Source: Bdellovibrionales bacterium (GTDB lineage Bacteria > Bdellovibrionota > Bdellovibrionia > Bdellovibrionales > UBA1609). Taken from it: a stretch of DNA of 64,000 nucleotides. The stretch is taken from contig JBFWVI010000007.1 in NCBI GenBank assembly GCA_050246815.1, forward strand, positions 7,996-71,995. Direction: 5' to 3'. The notes under the pieces were generated by a model. That model was given only the letters and a program-made list of their open reading frames with translations, had not been told where the DNA came from and ran no database searches. Made by a program: the position numbers and the translations under genes. Numbering within the stretch: position 1 is the stretch's first letter; every line of letters begins with the position of its first letter. Shown piece after piece: positions 46,677 to 55,748 of this stretch.

Positions 46677-47813
46677 ATGTGCAAACAGTACGTAAAGAAA
46701 GGCATCCTGATCCTGGCCACTTTGGCTTTGGCGGGGTGCTTACAAGACCAAGTGTCCGAAGAAGGTACCGTTGTGGATTTGGAGCCCGGAAGCGCTCCAG
46801 ACCCTGATACCTATGTTTGCAACCCATTGGATGACGGTGTTGGCGATCAAGCCCGCGATCAAGGGCTGCATGGTCGGCTTTATTATGTGGAGCCAGGTGG
46901 CCCCCAATATTCCAGCGTTCACGATTACATGAGCTACGCCACGGAAGCTCCCGTGGATTTGTTCTTCAATCAATTGTATGTGCCCACGCGTCCTTTTGAC
47001 CGCGGTTTCGTAACCGAAAGTGGCATCACTTTACAGGCCGCCGATGGCAGTACTCTATATGAGTGGTTTGGTATTCATTTCGAAAGTCAGCTGCAGTTGG
47101 CCTCAGGGCAAGCGCCGGGCCGTTATCAAATCGGTGTCCTGAGCGATGACGGCACGATGATGAGTGTCGGTGAGCCCGGCTTCGAGCAGTTGTTGATCAA
47201 TAATGATGGTTGGACGCCGACACGCATGCGTTGTGCGACGGAGGCCGTGGAATTGGCCGCGGGCCAGAAGTTGCCTTTTACACTCGATTACTTTCAGGGC
47301 CCTCGCTACCACATCGCCTTGGTGATGGTGTGGCGCCCATGGCCCGCTAGCCCGGCCGATGTCAATGATCCTTTGTGTGACCGTTCTGGTAACTCGTTCT
47401 GGTTTGATTCAACACAAAATCCGCCGCGCCCGACCAGCAACTACCATGCGCTTTTGTCTCGTGGTTGGCAGGTGATTCAACCTGAAAACTTCGCTTTGCC
47501 GGGTTCGCAAGAAGAGAATCCTTGTAATGAACCAGCCCCGATTTTGAGTAACTTGGCTATTGGCGACATCACGACAACTTCGGCCACAGTGACATGGTTG
47601 ACCGATCGGCCGGCCACCACGCAAGTGGTTCTAACTGAAGTCGCCACAGGTACAGTGACCGTGCTTGATGGTGACGCGGCCTTGGTCCTGAATCACACAT
47701 TGGTGATGACTGGACTAAGGGTCAATACTCAGTATCGTGTGAAAGCAGTTTCAAAGTCGGCCTCTGGACGTTCGTCGGAAACGCCTGAGATCACTTTCCG
47801 TACAAGCCGCTAA
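46677..47813 (+). CDS. PA14-like plus fibronectin-III-like lipoprotein
   Basis: The lipobox is LAGC. The PA14-like part is GLHGRLYYV...GRYQIGVLSDDGTMMSV. The C-terminal Fn3-like part is ATVTWLTDRPATTQVVL. Confidence 0.68.
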   Translation: MCKQYVKKGILILATLALAGCLQDQVSEEGTVVDLEPGSAPDPDTYVCNPLDDGVGDQARDQGLHGRLYYVEPGGPQYSSVHDYMSYATEAPVDLFFNQLYVPTRPFDRGFVTESGITLQAADGSTLYEWFGIHFESQLQLASGQAPGRYQIGVLSDDGTMMSVGEPGFEQLLINNDGWTPTRMRCATEAVELAAGQKLPFTLDYFQGPRYHIALVMVWRPWPASPADVNDPLCDRSGNSFWFDSTQNPPRPTSNYHALLSRGWQVIQPENFALPGSQEENPCNEPAPILSNLAIGDITTTSATVTWLTDRPATTQVVLTEVATGTVTVLDGDAALVLNHTLVMTGLRVNTQYRVKAVSKSASGRSSETPEITFRTSR

Positions 47814-47886
47814 GCCGCTGTTTTAAAGGCTTTTCCTCTCGAATCAAGGCTGAACTGAGCCGATATATTGATGTCGAGGGAAAAGC

Positions 47887-49989
47887 ATGAAACGTGGACT
47901 CTCCATTCGCTATAAATTCTTATTGGTGACCACTGCGCTTTTGGTCTTTTGCGTGACGGTTTATCTGTTTATGGCCACGCAAGTCTTTCGTAAAGATAAA
48001 AAAGAATTGGTTTACGACTTGAACCGCAGTTTGGTGACGAACTTAGCTTCAGATCTGGATTCGGTTTTCGCTTCGGCCACCGACAAGATGCGATTGGCCG
48101 CTTATTTTTTTTACGCCCGTGATGAGCGCAACCTGGCGATCCTGCGCGAGTTGTTGGCCGCCAGCCAAGATATTGTTTACGTTGGCGGCAGTGAAGGTTT
48201 CGACAAAATGAGCAAACGCTTTTTTCAAAGCCAAAATTTCGTCGAAACCTATGCGTTGCCAGAGGACTTTTTTGAAACAGTTTTGAATGAACAAAAGCCG
48301 GTGCCTTTTGCGCGATTGCAGGCCGAAGGTGAGGCGATTTGGAACGCCAGCATCGGCAATGATGGCCCGCCTTTGATCGGCTATGGCAAGAGCGTGGTTT
48401 TAGAGGGTGCCGATGGCAAGCCCAGCGCTCACTATGCGGTGGTGGCATTTTTGCGCGCGGACCGTGTGTTGAAGGCGCTCCGTCAGGTGCGCTTAAACCA
48501 GGCTATGATTACCAATCAGTCAGGTGAAGTCTTGGCTCATCCGGATGCGCAGGTTTTGATTCAAGGTGATGATCCAAGCGTGAAGGAACTTATCACCAAA
48601 GCGCAAAGCAATCCTGTCAAATCCAGCGTGATGCCCTACATGGAAGGGGGGCAGGAGTTTTTAGGGGCCTACGCTCGTGCCGCGAACAATCGGCTGCTGG
48701 TTTTGTCCCGGGTTTCCAGCCGATCGGCATTCGCGGTGGTGAATCAGTTTTTAGCGCGTTCGGGGCTTGTGGCGTTGATGGTTTTGAACCTTGCTTTTAT
48801 TGCCGCGATTTTATTCTCGCGCTCTTTGACTCGCCCTTTGCAGGCCCTTATGGATGGCATGGAAAAAGTGGGTGAAGGTGAATTGTCGACACAGATCGAA
48901 GTGCGCTCACGTGATGAGATCGCCGCCTTGGCGAAATCGTTCAATGGCATGATTCGCGAGATCAAAAATTCGCGGGAGGCCTTGGAAGAAATTAACCGCG
49001 AGTTGGAAAATAAAGTTCGCGAGCGCACGCAGCAGTTAGAGAAACAAAACCAAGCGGTCAAGTCAGCACAAGAAAATTTACTCAAGACCACGCGTTTGGC
49101 CGCCGTCGGTGAGATCGCCGGACGTGCGGCGCATGAGGTGTTAAACCCCTTGACCACAATCTTGGCACGTTTAGAGCGTTTACAGGCACGATTAGGGCAA
49201 ACGAACGGGGCCGAGCTGAATTTGCTGCGCGACATGGTCTTAAGTTGGCGCAAAGATTTTAGCGCGGGCGGATTTGATCAATTGGTGAAGGCCTGGAAAG
49301 CTCCGTCGCAGATCAATGTCAAAGCGACCTTGTGGGATGAGGATTTAGAAAATATCGAAGCTGTGCAAAAGCAGCTGGGTGAAGAGTTGGCTCGGGTCAC
49401 TCAAGATGCGGACTTTTTGCATCGCGAAGCCCAGCGCATTGGCCGCATCGTGCAGGCGATGCGCGGATTGAGCATTGTCGAATCCGCCAAAGAACGTCAT
49501 GACTTGGCGAAACTTTGCGAGGACGCGGTCAACATCATGAATGATTTGGCTTCGCAGCACAACACTCAAATCATTCTGGATTGCGCCGTAAAGCCCGCGT
49601 GGACCATTTTAGACCAAGACGAATTTTTGCAAAGTTTGACCAACATGGTCCGTAATAGCATTCAGGCTATCCGTGAGAGACAAAATTTTCAACCACAACA
49701 CGCGGGACGTGTCGAGCTGCACCTAGTTGCGGCGGGCAACCAATGGCAATTGCGGGTGCGTGACAACGGTGCCGGTATCAAACCCGAGGACCAGAAAAAA
49801 CTATTTGAAAATCAGTTCAGCACAAAGCCGCGCTCAGAAGGCACCGGTTTGGGATTGAATATCAGTCGTCGGTTCATCCGAGGCGCGGGCGGCGATATTG
49901 TTTTGGAACATTCTAAAGAAGGACAAGAAACTTGTTTTGTTGTCACTTTGCCGATAGCGGATGTGGCAAACAACAGAGGTGTGGCATGA
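47887..49989 (+). CDS. Sensor histidine kinase (periplasmic sensor, HAMP, HisKA, HATPase)
   Basis: Two TM helices flank a sensor domain of about 270 aa. The HAMP region is RPLQALMDGMEKVGEGELS...FNGMIREI. The H-box is AAHEVLNPL, and G-boxes are present. Confidence 0.87.
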   Translation: MKRGLSIRYKFLLVTTALLVFCVTVYLFMATQVFRKDKKELVYDLNRSLVTNLASDLDSVFASATDKMRLAAYFFYARDERNLAILRELLAASQDIVYVGGSEGFDKMSKRFFQSQNFVETYALPEDFFETVLNEQKPVPFARLQAEGEAIWNASIGNDGPPLIGYGKSVVLEGADGKPSAHYAVVAFLRADRVLKALRQVRLNQAMITNQSGEVLAHPDAQVLIQGDDPSVKELITKAQSNPVKSSVMPYMEGGQEFLGAYARAANNRLLVLSRVSSRSAFAVVNQFLARSGLVALMVLNLAFIAAILFSRSLTRPLQALMDGMEKVGEGELSTQIEVRSRDEIAALAKSFNGMIREIKNSREALEEINRELENKVRERTQQLEKQNQAVKSAQENLLKTTRLAAVGEIAGRAAHEVLNPLTTILARLERLQARLGQTNGAELNLLRDMVLSWRKDFSAGGFDQLVKAWKAPSQINVKATLWDEDLENIEAVQKQLGEELARVTQDADFLHREAQRIGRIVQAMRGLSIVESAKERHDLAKLCEDAVNIMNDLASQHNTQIILDCAVKPAWTILDQDEFLQSLTNMVRNSIQAIRERQNFQPQHAGRVELHLVAAGNQWQLRVRDNGAGIKPEDQKKLFENQFSTKPRSEGTGLGLNISRRFIRGAGGDIVLEHSKEGQETCFVVTLPIADVANNRGVA

Positions 49990-51275
49990 GTCAGGCATTC
50001 AAAGTTAAACCGAAGCAACCCGAGGTCGGCAAGCGACCTGAGCACAAATGGAATAACCGAATCCTGGTTGTTGAAGATGAGCGCGAGATCGGCCGCTTGT
50101 ACAACGAGATCTTAAGCTCGCCGCCTTCGACGGTTGTGCCCCTGCGATCTTCGCGGCAGGCGCCGCAAGTCAACAACGCAGTTCCTAAATCCACACCCCC
50201 GGGCGCCGAGTTTTCAGTTACGGTGGTTCATTCGCCAGAAGAAGCTATGGCCCAAGTCAAGCATGCCATGCAAAAGAATGAACCTTTCGCGATGGGATTC
50301 TTTGACGTTCTTTTGGGGGCCAAACAAGACGGCATCGAACTGGTGCGCGAGCTGCACAAGCTGGATCCATTGCTTTATGCGGTTTTTGTAACCGCCTATC
50401 AAGATCGTTCGGTGGATGCCATTAAAGGTGTTTTGGATATCGCCAAAAACGCGCATTGGGATTATTTGAGCAAGCCCTTCAGTGCCGGCGAGATCTTGCA
50501 AAAGGCGCGCAATTTCATCAGTCTTTGGAATTTAAGCCGTGAGCGTGAGATCCGCGAAGACTTGCTTGCCGAAGCTCATCGTCGTCTGCTTGAGTACGAA
50601 CGATCAAGTTCAGTGGCAGCCGTCGCACGCGGGGTCAGTCACGAGTTTGGCAATATTTTGATGCAGATTATGGGCAAAGCCGATTTAGCCCGCAAAAAAA
50701 ATGAGAAAGACATGCGCGAGAGCCTTGAGCTGATTTTAGAATCCAGTCATCGCGCTTCGGAAATTTTGGATCGCTTTAAACATTTAGCAAATCCAGCTGA
50801 GATGCAAAATCCAAAGGCACCGGTTTCAGTTTGTGCCCTGGTGGATGAGGCCATTGATTTGATGGAGCATGGACTGCGAACCAACAATGTGAAGGCATGC
50901 AAAATCAAAATGGATCCGGTCGAAGTGGTGGGCAACGCGACTTCGTTGTTGCAGGTGTTGGTGAATTTAACCATCAATTCGATCCACGCCATGGAGCACG
51001 GTGGGCAAATTGACTACAGCGTGATGGCGGTTTCAGACGGGGCCGAAATTCGCGTGCGCGACTATGGGCCGGGCGTCAAACCCGAATTGTTAGAAAAAGT
51101 ATTCGAACCCTTTTTTACCACCAAGGGCGAAAAAGGCACTGGGCTTGGGCTGGCGATCTGTCGCGAGATCGTCGAGATCGAGCATCGCGGTCAGCTGACC
51201 TTGCAAAACCACGGAGTCAAAGGCCTTGAAGTGGTGATTCGAATCGGCAAAGGAGGCGACGATGAGACCGCCTGA
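49986..51275 (+). CDS. Hybrid protein: N-terminal receiver plus histidine kinase core
   Basis: Its start overlaps the upstream stop as ATGA. The REC part has ILVVEDE and SKPF. The H-box is VSHEFGNIL. The HATPase part has DYGPGV and GTGLGLAI. Confidence 0.85.
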   Translation: MSQAFKVKPKQPEVGKRPEHKWNNRILVVEDEREIGRLYNEILSSPPSTVVPLRSSRQAPQVNNAVPKSTPPGAEFSVTVVHSPEEAMAQVKHAMQKNEPFAMGFFDVLLGAKQDGIELVRELHKLDPLLYAVFVTAYQDRSVDAIKGVLDIAKNAHWDYLSKPFSAGEILQKARNFISLWNLSREREIREDLLAEAHRRLLEYERSSSVAAVARGVSHEFGNILMQIMGKADLARKKNEKDMRESLELILESSHRASEILDRFKHLANPAEMQNPKAPVSVCALVDEAIDLMEHGLRTNNVKACKIKMDPVEVVGNATSLLQVLVNLTINSIHAMEHGGQIDYSVMAVSDGAEIRVRDYGPGVKPELLEKVFEPFFTTKGEKGTGLGLAICREIVEIEHRGQLTLQNHGVKGLEVVIRIGKGGDDETA

Positions 51276-51684
51276 TTTAGACACACCGATTTTATTAATC
51301 GATGATGACGCCCTGGTGCGCAGCGTGTTGCTGGAGTACCTGCAAAGCTTCGGCTTTCGCTACATCATTGACACCAAGGATCCCGAAAAAGCCTTGCGAC
51401 TGATCAAAGATCCCAAAGTGAGCATCGGGTTGGTGCTTTCGGATTGGGAAATGCCGGGTTTGAGTGGTTTGACTTTGCTTAAAGCCATGCGCAATTGTAC
51501 GCACCGTAAGCGCACCCGTTTTATCATGGTCACCTCACAACAATCGATGGAGCGTTTCAAGGTGACTCAGGCCGCCCAATATAAAGTGAGTTCATACTTG
51601 GTGAAGCCTTTTCAAGCGGCAGTTTTGAAGGAACGAATTTGGAAAGTGATGGGCTGGGAGAAAGATGAGCAACAGGCAGGCTAA
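51262..51684 (+). CDS. Single-domain CheY-like response regulator
   Basis: Motifs ILLIDDD, LVLSDWEMPGLSG, VTSQ and YLVKPF. It overlaps the upstream gene by 14 nt. Confidence 0.86.
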   Translation: MRPPDLDTPILLIDDDALVRSVLLEYLQSFGFRYIIDTKDPEKALRLIKDPKVSIGLVLSDWEMPGLSGLTLLKAMRNCTHRKRTRFIMVTSQQSMERFKVTQAAQYKVSSYLVKPFQAAVLKERIWKVMGWEKDEQQAG

Positions 51685-53290
51685 GCTTGCTCAATTTGGG
51701 ATATGCCTATTTTGCGGTTTGTTGTTTCAGCAAGCTGACGCCATCACTTTGTCTGAAGACTTCTCATCTAACAGCCGCCAAGATCCACCTTCAACTTTGG
51801 TGTGGAACACAGTCCTGGGGCGCCTGCATCCGCCTTTGCAGGTCTTTCAGTATTCAGACGGCGGTCTTCAAAATAAAAATTTTTCTGTCGGTTCAGGCCA
51901 GCATGGCGCTTTTGAACCCAGTCGCTACGCGGAATTCAGTTCGGGTGGCGATGTCAGCGGCAATATTATTCGTTTAGACACCTCGGTTTATCAGACCCTC
52001 GAACTAACCCGCTTTCAATTGGATGCAGGCTGGACTTTGCAACCCATCGGCAATCAACCATTGATTGTGCGCGTGCTTGGAGCGGTGACCATTGCGGGGG
52101 TGATCGATTGCTCAGGGCAAAATGGTGAAGATCAAAATGGCACGCCGACGGTGGCACCAGCAGGTGGCGCTGGCCGTTGCAGCGGTGGAGCTGGCGGGGC
52201 TGGCGGAACGACCACGGCCAACGGGGGTAATGGTTCGAATGGCGGGCCGCAAATTCCCAACGGTGTTGGTCCGGGCGTGGATGGGCCCACGGCTGGGGTC
52301 GGGGCCACAGGCACCGGCTCGGGCGGCGGTGGAGGCGGTACCTATGTGCCCAGCCGGGGCGTTAGTGACGACTCTGCGGCGGGCCTTGGTGCCACTCCAG
52401 GCGCGGCCGGTTTTATGGTGGCCGACAATGACTTTGATTATGAGGGCGGTGGTTTTGGCGGCGGCGGTGGCAGTCATTACAATGCCGGCGCGCCAGCGCA
52501 AAACTCGGCCGGGGCTGGCGGCGGCGGCGGCGGCGGTTTGATTTGGTTCACAGCTGTTGGTGACATTGTGATCGAGGGTTCGGTGCTGGCCGACGGTGGC
52601 GACGGTGGAACGGGCACCAGTTTGGCGGGCGGCGGTGGCGGTGGTGCCGGCGGATCGATAGCGATGTTTGCGGGCGGCGATGTGATTTTAAGCACGGCCA
52701 CAGTTTCGGCGGATGGCGGCGTGGGAGGAGGTCCTGCCGGCCGTTTGGGCGGTGATGGCGCGTCGGGACGCACCTGGTTGGTTGGTTCGAGCGGCTATTC
52801 CACTGGCGGTCCGCCGTTCGAATTTCCTGACCCCACGGTGACAGACGTAGGAACTGTGGGTTATCAAACGGGTTCTTTCACGGCCACCAGTCTTGAAAAT
52901 GACATTGGCAACAGCGGGCCCACCTTGACGACGGTGAATACCGTCAGCACTTTACCTGGCGCAAGCACCTTAACGGTGGAAGTGGCCACCGACTCGCAGA
53001 CTGGCTTTACACCCGTGTGGCAGGCCACCACGGCACTGCCTTTAGAAGTCGAGCGTTTGGCCCGCTTTCGTGTGACGTTGAATAATGCGGTGGTCGCCAC
53101 GCCTGCCTTTTTGGACACCCTGACGTTTGAGTTTGATGGGGTGCAAGCAAATGAATTTAACTTCGTCAGTGCATGTGGCGCTGTGAAAACACCACGTGAT
53201 TTAAGGTTTAACGATAAATTATTCTGGTTGGTCTTCTTTTTGTTGCCGCTATGGAGCTATTTGCAGCTTCGTTCGCCAAGTCGACGCTAG
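51665..53290 (+). CDS. Secreted glycine-rich, probably beta-helical protein with a C-terminal hydrophobic anchor and basic tail
   Basis: It overlaps the CheY gene by 20 nt and has a signal peptide ending in QQADA. The Gly-rich region is about 250 aa and includes GGSIAMFAGGDVILS-type units. The C-terminus is CGAVKTPRDLRFNDKLFWLVFFLLPLWSYLQLRSPSRR. Confidence 0.7.
   Translation: MSNRQAKLAQFGICLFCGLLFQQADAITLSEDFSSNSRQDPPSTLVWNTVLGRLHPPLQVFQYSDGGLQNKNFSVGSGQHGAFEPSRYAEFSSGGDVSGNIIRLDTSVYQTLELTRFQLDAGWTLQPIGNQPLIVRVLGAVTIAGVIDCSGQNGEDQNGTPTVAPAGGAGRCSGGAGGAGGTTTANGGNGSNGGPQIPNGVGPGVDGPTAGVGATGTGSGGGGGGTYVPSRGVSDDSAAGLGATPGAAGFMVADNDFDYEGGGFGGGGGSHYNAGAPAQNSAGAGGGGGGGLIWFTAVGDIVIEGSVLADGGDGGTGTSLAGGGGGGAGGSIAMFAGGDVILSTATVSADGGVGGGPAGRLGGDGASGRTWLVGSSGYSTGGPPFEFPDPTVTDVGTVGYQTGSFTATSLENDIGNSGPTLTTVNTVSTLPGASTLTVEVATDSQTGFTPVWQATTALPLEVERLARFRVTLNNAVVATPAFLDTLTFEFDGVQANEFNFVSACGAVKTPRDLRFNDKLFWLVFFLLPLWSYLQLRSPSRR
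52517..52534 (+). repeat. (GGC)6 trinucleotide tract inside the glycine-rich gene
   Basis: GGCGGCGGCGGCGGCGGC was read directly and encodes G6. More imperfect GGY runs occur nearby. Confidence 0.9.
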
Positions 53291-53291
53291 C

Positions 53292-55640
53292 TCACCAGTT
53301 TTTTCCAAGCTGTAAACCAAGTTGAATGGACGAAGCCTTTAGATCACCAAAGCTAAAGCTTAAGTTGAATTCACCACCGACAAAGAACCCAGAGGTGAGT
53401 GGATACTGCCATTGGTTGTGGCTTCTTGCTTGGGTAAAGTCATCTGCAAACACCAAGTGCAGGGAGTGCTGGCGTTTGAAATCTGCGGCTTCAAGCTGAC
53501 GCCAACCAAAGTGGGGGCCAAAACCAAAATGTGCTTTGCCGTCCAAGCGCTCGAGGTCGACACGCTCCAGTCGTGTGGTTTGCTGCAAAGTACCGCCATA
53601 AAACCATGGGCTTTGTTCATCGGCAAGACTCAAGCCCAAATGCCAATCCGTGCTGGACACGTCCTTTTGATATGGCCAAGTGGATTTGTTTTTAGGTTTC
53701 CAGGTGATGTTTTGCCAATCGCCAACCACCAGTAATTGAGTTTGCGACAAGTTCATATCCAAGTGAAAGCCCAGACCGGCAAATGAACCACCTTGCAAAT
53801 CCGCCGTCACCTGCTCTTGACCCTCTTGATGCTCGCTTTGGTAGACGCCTTGCCACCAAGCCGACGCCCGATGCACTCCCACGGGTCTTATTGGGCGCGC
53901 GGGGGGTGGCTTGGTGGTCGCCATTGGCGGCGGAACGACCACGGCCAAGTCAGGCGGCGGAGTTTCGGGTTCAGGAGCCTTTGCCGGTTTTACTTTTGCG
54001 GGCAATTCGATGGCCGGGGCGGTTTTCGTTCGAGCTGTATTCTTTGCCACTTGAGTTTTTGGCGATTTCGGTGGCGGCCAAATCGTCAGGTCCACTTTTT
54101 CAGGTAATGAGAACACACCCATGCGGCCCGAGTTTGCACCCCCTGCAACTCTATAGTAGTAAACTTGTTTATTGAAATTAGTCCAAGCATAAAAGTTGGT
54201 CGAAGTTTTTGCAATGATTTCGGGCGATTCAAAACTTGGTGAAGAAGAAATTTCAATCACATAGTGGTCCGCGCCGGGTAAGGCCTCCCAGTTGAATATC
54301 ACGGGCGGCAAGGCTTTTTTAGTCTTAGTTTTACTTTTACTTTGGCCTTCCGCTGCGGGAATGAACAAGCTCCACAGCCAGTCCCAAGCATAGCGGCGTG
54401 AAGTGGGTGGGTGATAAGAAGCGCCATCTTCTTCAACCGCTGTTGGCGACCGCAGTTTGGGAGGCGCCAGTGGATCGGGTTCGCTGAAAATCGGGTAGGA
54501 GTATGCGGCGGGAATTAAAAAGTTTTCTTCATCGAATGCGGTCACGCGCCAAAACAAGGAGCCGCTTTCATTGATGGCCATTTGAACGCGCGGGTCGGCA
54601 CTGGGTTGGGTTTGAATCACCTGATTAAAATTCGCATCGCGCGCCAGCTCCAGTTTGTAAGAACCCACCTGCATTTCGCTCAACCAGCCAAATAGTGTGG
54701 GGTGATCGGTTTTCACCCGATCCCGCGGCAATGGTGTTAAGTGCACGATCTTGGGCGCCTTGAGAACTTGAATCGACAAGGTCTTCGAGATTTTATCCTT
54801 GTAAGCCAACGTCAAATGATAGCTGCCGGGCACAAACTCCAGATCAGCGCTGGATTGTTGCGATTTGACAGGCCATGCTTTTGCGCCGTGGGTGGGCGAG
54901 AGGACTTGTAGGGTGTCGGCTTGCCCCACCCATTCAAATTTGGCGTGAATCGGGAATTGGTGAGCATAGATTTTTTGCTCTTTGCCGTCTTGCCATTTGA
55001 GATCTTGGCTGGTGGTCACCACCTCGCTGGCCTCTTCAGGATAGAGCATCACTCGTTGTTCTGAGGTGACTTTGCGTTTCAGACCATGCACGGCGTGTTG
55101 CACATCCACTTCGCCCGAATTGACCTCGACTTCGACGCGTCCCGAGTCCACCGCGCGCAGACTGAGATCCGCTCCAGGTGTAGCGGTGATCGCCCAATCG
55201 CCACTTTTTAACTGCACGCCCCGTGCGGGATTCTGCGCACGAAGATCGCCACGCGAAAATCTGAGGCGAAAGGGTTTGTCGATTTGCTCGTCCAAAGATT
55301 CCAGCACAACCAAAGTATTTTCGTGAAGCTCAATGTTGACATCACCTTGCAGCTTTAGCTTTGCCGTACTGCCGCTCAAGGTCAGAATCGAATCGTTTTC
55401 AAAAAGGCGGTCGCGTGTTGCCGAGTCTTCCCAAATATTCGAATCAAAGCCACGGCGTCTGACGTTTTGCCGTGCGATTTGAACTTCGCCGATGGCGGCT
55501 CGATCGTGGCTGACGGTTGATCGTGATAGCCAGTGAACAGGTAACACGCCGACGTCGCCCAAAAAGAGCAACAACTCCAACGTGAAGGTTAAAATAGCAA
55601 AGGTCAGCAGACGGCGATCCACATTCTCTTTTCGGAACAA
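53292..55640 (-). CDS. Large envelope protein: N-terminal anchor, FecR-like domain, Ig/Fn3-like region, Pro-rich linker, C-terminal barrel-like domain
   Basis: It has a TTG start. The FecR-like part is GEVQIARQNVRRRG...NDSILTLSGSTAKLKL. The linker is PAKVKPAKAPEPETPPPDLAVVVPPP. The C-terminus ends in LQLGKNW. Confidence 0.68.
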   Translation of the reverse strand: MFRKENVDRRLLTFAILTFTLELLLFLGDVGVLPVHWLSRSTVSHDRAAIGEVQIARQNVRRRGFDSNIWEDSATRDRLFENDSILTLSGSTAKLKLQGDVNIELHENTLVVLESLDEQIDKPFRLRFSRGDLRAQNPARGVQLKSGDWAITATPGADLSLRAVDSGRVEVEVNSGEVDVQHAVHGLKRKVTSEQRVMLYPEEASEVVTTSQDLKWQDGKEQKIYAHQFPIHAKFEWVGQADTLQVLSPTHGAKAWPVKSQQSSADLEFVPGSYHLTLAYKDKISKTLSIQVLKAPKIVHLTPLPRDRVKTDHPTLFGWLSEMQVGSYKLELARDANFNQVIQTQPSADPRVQMAINESGSLFWRVTAFDEENFLIPAAYSYPIFSEPDPLAPPKLRSPTAVEEDGASYHPPTSRRYAWDWLWSLFIPAAEGQSKSKTKTKKALPPVIFNWEALPGADHYVIEISSSPSFESPEIIAKTSTNFYAWTNFNKQVYYYRVAGGANSGRMGVFSLPEKVDLTIWPPPKSPKTQVAKNTARTKTAPAIELPAKVKPAKAPEPETPPPDLAVVVPPPMATTKPPPARPIRPVGVHRASAWWQGVYQSEHQEGQEQVTADLQGGSFAGLGFHLDMNLSQTQLLVVGDWQNITWKPKNKSTWPYQKDVSSTDWHLGLSLADEQSPWFYGGTLQQTTRLERVDLERLDGKAHFGFGPHFGWRQLEAADFKRQHSLHLVFADDFTQARSHNQWQYPLTSGFFVGGEFNLSFSFGDLKASSIQLGLQLGKNW

Positions 55641-55748
55641 AACATCATCATATTGATATCTTCGTGCATGACCAGACCTTGGTCGCGAGCAGTGGTTTTG
55701 GCCAAGCTGGTCTTTGCTCCTTGGCTTAAGTCCATTTATCCTGATCCC

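Noticed and set aside
52112-52773. Several 60-139-aa ORFs on both strands inside the glycine-rich gene.
   Set aside because: They are by-products of GGC/GCC-rich repetitive codons, which keep all frames open. Only the 51665-53290 frame has a signal peptide and operon context.
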